From: Micromonas pusilla
Taxonomy: Eukaryota
NCBI GenBank assembly: GCA_000151265.1
Contig: GG663738.1
Span: 1,244,056 to 1,276,055, forward strand
DNA: 32,000 nucleotides
Reading direction: 5' to 3'
Under the pieces are notes generated by a model. The model was not told where the DNA came from, made no database searches, and worked only from the letters and a program-made list of their open reading frames with translations. Shown piece after piece: positions 8,176-15,571 of the stretch. Made by a program: the position numbers and the translations under genes. Each line of letters starts with the position of its first letter. Position 1 is the stretch's first letter.

Positions 8176-9480
8176 ATGAATCGCGGCGGCGTCGACGATA
8201 ACACGGGGGACGGATCGACTTCCGCAAATCTCGACAACGACGCCCCGCCCCTACTAGAACGATTCGCCGCGGTCGCGCGCGATGTCTTATACGTGCACAT
8301 CCTCCCGCGGCTCGACAGCGGCGACCTCGCGGTGCTCGCGACGGTGAACCGAAAGATGCGCGACGTCGTCTTCGAATCGCCCGTCGAGCATGACGTGAGG
8401 GACGTCGCGGCGGTGAGGAGAGAGCTCGCGAGGGTTCCTAACTTCGTCGGATCGATCGGCAGGCTGACGTGGGCGAAGGATCAGCGAGGGTGTCCGTGGG
8501 ACGCGAGGACGTTCACGTGCATCGCGAGGGGTGGGAACGTGGAGGTCGCGAGGTGGGCGAAGGAGCGAGGGTGCCCGTGGAACGGGGGGACTTGCGCCTT
8601 TGCCGCGGAAGGCGGCCACCTGGAGATGCTGCAGTGGTTGCGAGCGAACGGCGCGCCGTGGGAGGAGAGCACTTGCGCCTTTGCAGCGGGTGGCGGCCAC
8701 CTGGAGGTGCTGCAGTGGGCGCGAGCGAACGGGGCTCCGTGGAACGAGCGGACTTGCGCCAACGCCGCGAAAGGCGGCCACCTGGAGGTGTTGCAGTGGG
8801 CGCGCGCGAACGGCGCTCCGTGGTACGAGTGGACTTGCACCTATGCTGCGCGTGGCGGCCACCTCGAGGTGCTGCAGTGGGCGCGAGCGAACGGATGTCC
8901 GTGGCACGAGACGACTTGCGCCTGGGCCGCGTGTGGCGGCCACCTGGAGGTGTTGCAGTGGGCGCGAGCGAACGGATGTCCGTGGCACGAGACGACTTGC
9001 GCCTGGGCCGCGTGTGGCGGCCACCTGGAGGTGCTGCAGTGGGCGCGAGCGAACGGATGTCCGTGGGACTCGTTCACTTGCACCGGTGCCGCGAAAGGCG
9101 GCCACGTGGAGGTGCTGCAGTGGGCGGTCGCGAACGGATGTCCGTGGGACAGCTGGCAAACTTGCGCCAACGCCGCGAAAGGCGGCCACCTGGAGGTGTT
9201 GCAGTGGGCGCGCGCGAACGGCGCTCCGTGGGACAACGAGGGGACTTGCGCCAACGCCGCGAAAGGCGGCCACCTGGAGGTGCTCCAGTGGGCGCGCGCG
9301 AACGGCGCTCCGTGGCACGAGACGACTTGCACCTATGCCGCGATATACGGCCACCTGGAGGTGCTGCAGTGGGCGCGCGCGAACGGCGCTCCGTTACACA
9401 ACGGGGGGATTTGCGTCCATGCCGCGAGTGGCGGCCACCTGGAGGTGCTGCAGTGGGCGCGCGCGAACGGCGTTCCGTAG
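8176..9480 (+). CDS. F-box-like N-terminus plus 12 tandem 27-28-residue ankyrin-like helical repeats
   Basis: ORF 7996..9480 opens at TTG, and the first in-frame ATG is 8176. LLERFAAVARDVLYVHILPRLDSGDLAVLATVNRKMRDVV resembles an F-box. It is followed by repeats with consensus G(C/A)PW(D/H)ExTCxxAAxGGHLEVLQWARAN. An upstream exon cannot be excluded. Confidence 0.7.
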   Translation: MNRGGVDDNTGDGSTSANLDNDAPPLLERFAAVARDVLYVHILPRLDSGDLAVLATVNRKMRDVVFESPVEHDVRDVAAVRRELARVPNFVGSIGRLTWAKDQRGCPWDARTFTCIARGGNVEVARWAKERGCPWNGGTCAFAAEGGHLEMLQWLRANGAPWEESTCAFAAGGGHLEVLQWARANGAPWNERTCANAAKGGHLEVLQWARANGAPWYEWTCTYAARGGHLEVLQWARANGCPWHETTCAWAACGGHLEVLQWARANGCPWHETTCAWAACGGHLEVLQWARANGCPWDSFTCTGAAKGGHVEVLQWAVANGCPWDSWQTCANAAKGGHLEVLQWARANGAPWDNEGTCANAAKGGHLEVLQWARANGAPWHETTCTYAAIYGHLEVLQWARANGAPLHNGGICVHAASGGHLEVLQWARANGVP

Positions 9481-9632
9481 GTCGAGCGGACTTGCAAGTC
9501 TGCCACGGGTGAAGGCCACCTGCAGGTGATGCAGTTGCCGCGCGCGAACGGCGTGCTGTGGTGGGACGAGCGGACTTAAACAGAGGAGTGGCCGCACGTG
9601 ACGGAGTGGCTGCGAGCGAACGGATGTCCGCG
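8488..9632 (+). repeat. 81-bp (occasionally 84-bp) coding tandem-repeat array, about 12 intact plus about 2 decayed units
   Basis: The periodicity is read directly from the DNA and the translation. Units at 8881..8961 and 8962..9042 differ at 1 of 81 positions. Confidence 0.9.
9481..9632 (+). pseudogene. Decayed repeat units continuing beyond the TAG stop of the ankyrin-like gene
   Basis: After TAG at 9478-9480, the same frame reads VERTCKSATGEGHLQVMQLPRANGVLWWDERT, then TAA, then TEEWPHVTEWLRANGCPRR, then TAA. These are recognisable but degenerate copies of the repeat consensus. Confidence 0.55.
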
Positions 9633-9850
9633 GCGCTAATAATGTGACGACGAGAGAACGTGCTTGTAACGAACGAACGAACGAATGAACGAACGCGGAC
9701 GCTCGGAGAAAGCGCCGGCCCGGAGCCGCGGCAGACTTGACGCGACGAAACAGTTTTCGGCAGTGCGCACTGCACGAGCGTTTCGATGACTCAGCAACGT
9801 TTGTCACGAAGCGCCGGCATTGACCAGCGCACCCCCCACGCGCATACGCG

Positions 9851-11527
9851 ATGACATTCCACCTTGGCCGCTCCCGCGGCCTTCTGCGTAACGTCATCCC
9901 CGCGCTCCGAGTCCTCGCGCGCTGGGACGCGCCCAACGCGACGACGACGCTCGCGTCGTCCGCCGCGGCGAAACGCGTCGAGATTTCGTCTGCCGCACGA
10001 GAGCGAGATCTGACGACGTCCGCCTCGTCCTCGACGTCGTCCCCGCACGCGGACATGTCCACGTCGACCGCTCCCCGGGGCCCGCATCGCCTCGAGAGCG
10101 ACATCATAGGCTCGATGCTCATCCCTCGAGACGCGCTGTACGGCATCGCGACCGCGCGCGCGATGGAGAACTACGACATCACCGGCGTCAAGCTCAGCGC
10201 GTACCCGGACTTCATTCGCGCGTTCGCGTTCGTCAAGAAGGCGTGCGCGCGCGCCAACTTCGAGATCGGCCTCCTCCCTCGAAACGTCCACGACGCGATC
10301 GCGTCCTCGTGCGACGAACTTCTGAAGGACGACGCGCTCCACGAGCACTTCACCGTGGACGTCATCCAAGGCGGCGCCGGGACGAGCACGAACATGAACG
10401 CGAACGAGGTGATCGCGAACCTCGCGCAGCGACGCATGGGCCTCCCGCTCGGGGACTACTCCGCGGTGTGTCCGAACGACCACGTGAACTTGTGCCAGAG
10501 CACGAACGACGCGTACCCGTCCGCGGCCAAGCTCGCGGTCGTGTTCAGGCACACGTCTGTGGTGCACGCGCTGCGCGAGCTCATCACGTCGTTGCGCGCG
10601 AAGGGCGACCAGTTCGGCGGCGTCATCAAGATGGGTCGAACGCAGCTCCAAGACGCGGTCCCGATGACGCTCGGGCAAGAGTTTCACTCGTTCGCGTCCA
10701 CGCTGGAGGCGGACCTCGCGTTCATGCAGCGGAACGTGGACCAGCTGTACGAGATGAACCTCGGCGGGACCGCGATCGGGACGTCGATATGCGCGGACGC
10801 GCGGTTCAGCCACGAGGCGGTGAAGGCGCTGAGCGAGCTGACGCGTCTTCCGTTGCAGTCGCCGAAGGACTTTATCGAGGCGTCGTCTTCGACGTCGTCG
10901 TTTCTGCTCTTCAGCAACATCTTGCGACGCGTCGCGGTGAAGGTGAGCAAGATATGCAACGACCTGCGGCTGCTCTCGAGCGGGCCGAGGTGCGGGTTCA
11001 ACGAGATCAACCTCCCCGCGGTGGCGCCCGGGTCGTCCATCATGCCGGGCAAAATCAACCCCGTCATCCCGGAGGTCGCGAACCAGGTGTGCTTTCAAAT
11101 CATGGGCGCGGATCAGACGATCGCGACGGCGTCCGAGGCGGCGCAGCTGCAGCTGAACGTCTTCGAGCCCGTGATCGTGTACAACCTCCTGAACAACCTG
11201 AAAATCATGACGAACGCGCTGAACACGTTGCGGACGAAATGCGTCGACGGCATCACCGCGAACGAAGACGCGTGTAAAAAGTCGGTGGACAACAGCATCG
11301 GAATCGTGACCGCGCTGTTGCCTCTGATCGGGTATAAGAAGGCCAGCGCGGTCGCGAAGGAAGCGCTGGAGACGGGCGCGCCGGTCGCGACGATCGCGGC
11401 GAAATACGCGCCCGCGGAGAAGGTGAAGGAGTACCTCAAGGTCGAGGCGATGACGTGCGCGGGGACGATCGAGGCGCGAGGGGTGTGCCTCGACACGCCG
11501 CCGCCGCCCGCTGAGGAGGTCGCGTGA
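9851..11527 (+). CDS. aspA: Aspartate ammonia-lyase (aspartase, class II fumarase/aspartase superfamily) with a roughly 75-aa N-terminal presequence
   Basis: True ATG at 9851. Motifs are VIQGGAGTSTNMNANEVIAN, VNLCQSTNDAYPSA and the signature GSSIMPGKINPVIPEV. QSTND and NPVxPE match my recollection of aspartases, whereas fumarases have QSSND and NPTQCE. Confidence 0.85.
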   Translation: MTFHLGRSRGLLRNVIPALRVLARWDAPNATTTLASSAAAKRVEISSAARERDLTTSASSSTSSPHADMSTSTAPRGPHRLESDIIGSMLIPRDALYGIATARAMENYDITGVKLSAYPDFIRAFAFVKKACARANFEIGLLPRNVHDAIASSCDELLKDDALHEHFTVDVIQGGAGTSTNMNANEVIANLAQRRMGLPLGDYSAVCPNDHVNLCQSTNDAYPSAAKLAVVFRHTSVVHALRELITSLRAKGDQFGGVIKMGRTQLQDAVPMTLGQEFHSFASTLEADLAFMQRNVDQLYEMNLGGTAIGTSICADARFSHEAVKALSELTRLPLQSPKDFIEASSSTSSFLLFSNILRRVAVKVSKICNDLRLLSSGPRCGFNEINLPAVAPGSSIMPGKINPVIPEVANQVCFQIMGADQTIATASEAAQLQLNVFEPVIVYNLLNNLKIMTNALNTLRTKCVDGITANEDACKKSVDNSIGIVTALLPLIGYKKASAVAKEALETGAPVATIAAKYAPAEKVKEYLKVEAMTCAGTIEARGVCLDTPPPPAEEVA

Positions 11528-11599
11528 GTGATTCGCGGCTGAGACCATGTCGATCGGTACGCCTCCGCGTAACCTTATTGTGTCGTATTAATAACGAGA

Positions 11600-14579
11600 T
11601 CACGCGCCCTGGATGTGCCCCGAGAGCGCCTCGCCGAGGACGACGCGCGCGTCGTCCGCGAACCCATTCAGCGCGCTCAGAATTTCCTTCTCGTACACGT
11701 CCCCGATTTGCGCGCGGAACCGGCGCAACATCGCCACGCACAGCGCGAGCGCGCGCTTCTCCTTACTCTCCGCCGCGGCCTCCTTCCCCGCCTCCGCGAT
11801 CGGCTCCCTCGCCGCCGCCGCGGCGTCGACCACTCTCGGCGCCAACGCTTTCACCAGCGCGAGACAGAACCCGCCCGCGGCGTCCGCGACGGCAGCCTCC
11901 GCGCTCGCGATCGACTCCTTGACCTCGTCGATCGCCTTCTGCGTCTCCTCGATCGTGCTCACCGCGTTCGCTTCCTTCGCCTGCGCGCGCTGCATCCGCG
12001 CCTCGCCGGACACGCCCATCTCCGCCGCCTTCGACGCTTGGTTCGCCGCGCTCGCCGCGTCCGCCTCCGCGTGTTTCATCTTCTTCTCCAGAGACGACAG
12101 CAACCACGCCGTGTTCTCCCGATCCGCCGCGGAGGACTCGACGGCGAGGCACGCGATGTCGAACGCGTCCGCGGAGCCCCACGCGGTCGCCGCGGACGCG
12201 TTCTCGTTCTCGATCGTGCTCTCGACCCACCGCGCGATCGAGTGCGGGGTGCATAAGCCGAGCTCGAGGAGCCGGCTCACGGCGACGACCGCCATTCTCG
12301 GGTGCGTGCCGCTCCATATCCCCGCGGCGGCGCCGACGAGGACGTGCGTCGCGTCGCCATCCTCCGTGAGTTTCTTCAGCGCCGGTTCGTATCGCTTCAG
12401 GAGGACGTTGTGATGCGTGATGCACTTTTGCCCGTGCGAGATGGCGGCCACCGTGAGCGCGCGCGCGGCTTCTTCGTTCCCGAGCGCCTCGAGCTTCCCG
12501 CTCGTCTCGAACCACGTCATGACCTCCTCCGCGGGGGTTTTCAACTTCATGAAATTCCTGAGGTCGTTCAGCGCGCCGCTGCTCGCGTTCTGCGCGTCGT
12601 GGATGTAATCCAAGTTCAGCGAAGGCGCGCCCGGGAGCAAGCAGTGCAGTTCCTCCGGCAGGCTCTCCTTGACGCGTTCGTGATACACGAGCCTCAGCAG
12701 CCTTCGAACGACGGAGGCGCAGAACGCCCTCTGCGGGTGCTCCGAAGGCTGCTCCGCGACGTGCAGCCACGAGCGCCACGGCCACGCGAGGTCGAAGCAC
12801 GAGAGGTGGTGCGCCATCCAGTCCGCGAGCCGCTCTCTCGCCTCGAGATCCATCCGTCCAATCTCGGAGAACATCTTCCCGACCACCTTCGCCATCATCC
12901 GCGGGAAGCTCTGGATCGCCTTGCACAAGTCTTGGATCACGATGTGATAAAACGCGCACGGGTGCGCGGGGCGCGGCAGCGCGAGCATCTCCCCGAACAG
13001 CGTCTCCGCGACGAGGAACTGACACCGTTCGGGGTGATCCGAGGGGAGCGGGAGCGTCCCCAGCTGCTCAGCCGCGGGGATGACCGCGCCTCTCCTGAAC
13101 CCGGGTTCGAACGCCCAGAGCGTGTCCGCGATGTATTCCTCCGCGACGTAGCGCTCGAGCGGGCCCCAGTCGCCGGCTTCCCACAAGCCTTCGGTCTGCG
13201 CTTGCGCCAACGCTCTGCGCGTGTGCACGTCGGCGGGGGAGGAACGAGTCGTCAGCGACGCGAGCGCGTTCGCGTACGCGGAGGTAGATACGGAGGTGGG
13301 GATGGGCGCGCGCGTTCGCTCAGCGAGCATTTCTTTCGTCAACCAACCGTCAGGGGATTAACGAGATGTAGAAATGTTGGAGTCATCACCGCGAACGGAA
13401 CGAGACGAGGGCTGGGCGAGGGCGGGGGCGGGGAAACGAAACGTGACCCGAGCGGCGCTCTCGTCGCTAGGAAACGAAACGCACCTCAATCTCGGCCTGA
13501 CCGGGAACATCGCGAGCGCCTCCGCGGCTCCCGTGAACGTCATCTTCGGCACCGCGATCGGCGGCGGCGTGTGCGAGTTCACGCTCCCGGCCGCGATCTC
13601 CTCCGCGAACGGCTCCACCACCGCGGGCACGGACTTGACTTGCCACGCCTCGATCGCGACCGCGCCGGCTTTCCTCACCTCGTTCACGCGGCCCCACAGC
13701 TCCTCGAGCCAGTCGTCCGCGCGCCCGTCCGCGGCCGCGAACGTCATGCTCGCCGGGTCCGGGCCTCGGGATCGACGACCGAGGTACTCCTCGACGCTGG
13801 ACAGGAGCACGTCGAAAATTTCAGCCGCGTTTCCCGTCTCGGCGTGCGCGCTCAACGATCCCCCCGCCCACGGCATCGCGGCGAGGACGATGTACACCAA
13901 GAAGTCCGCCCTGGGCTGCCACCCCGGATTCGCGTCGTCCGCGGCCGCGACGGCGCCGCAGACGATCGCGTCGAGACACTCGAGCGCGTGCTCCGCGGAG
14001 ATCACGCCGACGGAGGGGAGGCACGCAATGAATCGAAGCAACAGGCGCGCGCGCGTCTTGTCGTCGGGGTCGGACGACCCGAGCTTCTGCTCGAGCTGCT
14101 CGATCGCCGCGCGGACGACTTCTTCGACGAACTCGGGGACGCGCACGTTCAGGAGCCCGACGAGCGCGGCGTACACGGGCGTCTTCACCGGGAGTTCGGT
14201 GACGCACTCCATGATGAATTTCAGCGCCGGCTCCGTGAGCGACGGGAGGTCGTGCGCGAGGAGCCCCGCGAGGTTGCGGAGCATCTCCGGGGAGCCGTTG
14301 CAGTGGATGATCGCCTCGCGCATCTCCATGAGCTCCTGATTAGGCGTGGGTCCGCCGCCGCGGCCGCCGCCGCGTCCTCCCATCATCGGGCGCATGTGCG
14401 AGCCGTCCTGCGAAGAGGGCGCGCGATCGAGATCGGGGGAGAATTGGATGGAGCGTCAGAGCGGACGCGGCGGCGCGGCGTCGTGATCGACGCGCGACGT
14501 GAACGGCGATCGAGGCGGGGAGATCGGGATCTGGACGCACATTACGGCGGTGGCGCTTGTGGCCTCTGAAATCTCCCAT
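11600..14579 (-). CDS. NCBP1: Nuclear cap-binding protein subunit 1 (CBP80), three exons: 14579..14541, 14407..13485, 13214..11600
   Basis: ORFs 13358..14395 and 11600..13342 are collinear with CBP80/NCBP1. Examples are LPVKTPVYAALVGLLNVRVPEFVEEVV compared with human LPEKLTIYTTLVGLLNARN, and FYHIVIQDLCK, HLSCFDLAWPWRSW and the C-terminal helical domain. The two ORFs share a frame and are separated by a TAA, so an intron is required. A basic micro-exon (MGDFRGHKRHRRN) lies upstream. The spliced length of 2577 nt is in frame. Confidence 0.85.
13215..13484 (-). other. Intron 2 of CBP80 (270 nt, contains the in-frame TAA)
   Basis: Minus-strand donor is AG|GTGCGT (13484 downward). A CTGAC box lies about 36 nt before the acceptor ACGCGCAG|A (exon resumes at 13214). 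The phase matches (AG+A = Arg). The exact acceptor is the least certain of the nine introns. Confidence 0.6.
14408..14540 (-). other. Intron 1 of CBP80 (133 nt)
   Basis: Donor is AAT|GTGCGT, with a CTGAC box and the acceptor CTCTTCGCAG|GAC. Phase 0 joins MGDFRGHKRHRRN to DGSHMRPMMGGRGGG... Confidence 0.7.
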
Positions 14580-14770
14580 GGTGTCGTGTGGGGGGCGGGC
14601 GCGCGACCCGAAGAGTGACACCGCCGCCGCGGCAGGGAGGAGTTCGCCTGGTTTGCCGCTCGCCCTGAGCTCGCGCGCTCTCGAGATCTGCTCGCAGCGC
14701 GCCGCAGCGACCGGCGAAAGGGCGGAGCCAGATTCGCTCATCACTCCTTCCCCTCGCGGGGTAAGCCGTC
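14580..14770. promoter_or_regulatory. Divergent intergenic region (CBP80 / ARL6), presumed compact bidirectional promoter
   Basis: Only 191 bp lie between the two reconstructed start codons. This call is positional inference only. Confidence 0.3.
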
Positions 14771-15499
14771 ATGGGTCTCTGGAAGAACTTCTTGATCCGC
14801 CTGGGGCTCGCGAAGAAGAAGGTGCGCCGTCGTCGTCTCTCCTCCCTCCGCGCGTCGCGCCCCGCCGCGCCGTCGCGGCCGCGCCCGCGCGTCCATCTGA
14901 TCCCGCGGGTGCCGTTTCAAAGCTCGACGCGACGCGCGCTTCCGTCCCCTGACCGACATCGCGTCGTCCCCACCCTCTCTCCACACTTCACGACCTCGCA
15001 GAGGAGCATCTTAGTCGTCGGCCTCGCGAACGGCGGGAAAACCACGCTCGTGAACCGCATGAAACCGACGAAAGACCGCGAGGAAGACGTCGCCCCGACC
15101 GTCGGCTTCTCGGTCGAGCGATTCTCGCTGCACAAGTGCAAGCTCACGGTCATCGACATGTCCGGCCAGGAGCGGTACCTCGACCTGTGGGAGTGCTACT
15201 ACAAAGAGTGCCAGGCCGTCGTCTTCGTCGTGGACGCCACCGGCGGGGACGACGTGCTGCGAGAGAGCGAGAAGATGTTACGAGGGATGTTACGGCGCGA
15301 CGAGCTCGCGAGGCGGCCGCTGTTGGTGTTCGCGAACAAGAGCGACGTCCCGACCGCGCTCGGGGCGTCGGACATCGCGCGGGCGGTGGATCTGATGGGC
15401 GCCGCGGGGGACGGAAGGGCGTGGCACATCGGCGCGTGCTCCGCGCTCACGGGGGTGGGGATCGACGAGGGGTTTCGGTGGCTCATCGGGAAGTTATAG
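14771..15499 (+). CDS. ARL6: ARF-like small GTPase ARL6 (BBS3), two exons: 14771..14821 and 15002..15499
   Basis: The spliced product MGLWKNFLIRLGLAKKK|RSILVVGLANGGKTTLVNRMKP...TVIDMSGQERYLDLWECYYKECQAVVFVVD...FANKSD...AWHIGACSALTGVGIDEGFRWL is 182 aa. It is collinear with my recollection of human ARL6 ([32 protein letters not shown]..., [49 protein letters not shown]). Confidence 0.85.
   Translation: MGLWKNFLIRLGLAKKKVRRRRLSSLRASRPAAPSRPRPRVHLIPRVPFQSSTRRALPSPDRHRVVPTLSPHFTTSQRSILVVGLANGGKTTLVNRMKPTKDREEDVAPTVGFSVERFSLHKCKLTVIDMSGQERYLDLWECYYKECQAVVFVVDATGGDDVLRESEKMLRGMLRRDELARRPLLVFANKSDVPTALGASDIARAVDLMGAAGDGRAWHIGACSALTGVGIDEGFRWLIGKL
14822..15001 (+). other. Intron of ARL6 (180 nt, stop-free and a multiple of 3)
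   Basis: Donor is AAG|GTGCGC, with a CTGAC box about 48 nt upstream of the acceptor CCTCGCAG|AGG. Left unspliced, it would insert 60 Arg/Pro/Ser-rich residues between the N-terminal amphipathic helix and the P-loop. Confidence 0.75.
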
Positions 15500-15571
15500 C
15501 GCGCGCGGCGCGCGCGCCACGTCGGTCCCGGGTTGGTCTGGTTCTCTAGCTAGAGTTTTGGTTTCGATTAA

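Noticed and set aside
8488-9632. 81-bp direct repeats as a CRISPR array
   Set aside because: The units are contiguous with no spacers. They sit in one long open frame with a conserved amino-acid consensus and vary mostly at specific codons. This is a protein-coding repeat array in a eukaryotic gene.
9791-11548. 585-aa ORF antisense to the aspartase, plus the 344-aa (+) overlapping-frame ORF 10243..11277
   Set aside because: Their composition is low-complexity Arg/Asp/Val/His. The aspartase frame carries all the family signatures.
12302-14569. 755-aa plus-strand ORF across the CBP80 locus (also 11763..13025 -, 11613..12413 +)
   Set aside because: These are antisense or off-frame to a protein collinear with CBP80. 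The translations are Arg/Glu/Gly/Val-rich without recognisable domains.
14340-14744. 134-aa minus-strand ORF upstream of CBP80
   Set aside because: Only the 13 codons from ATG 14579 to the GTGCGT donor at 14540 make sense, as the basic N-terminus of CBP80. The remainder is intron and 5' leader read in frame.
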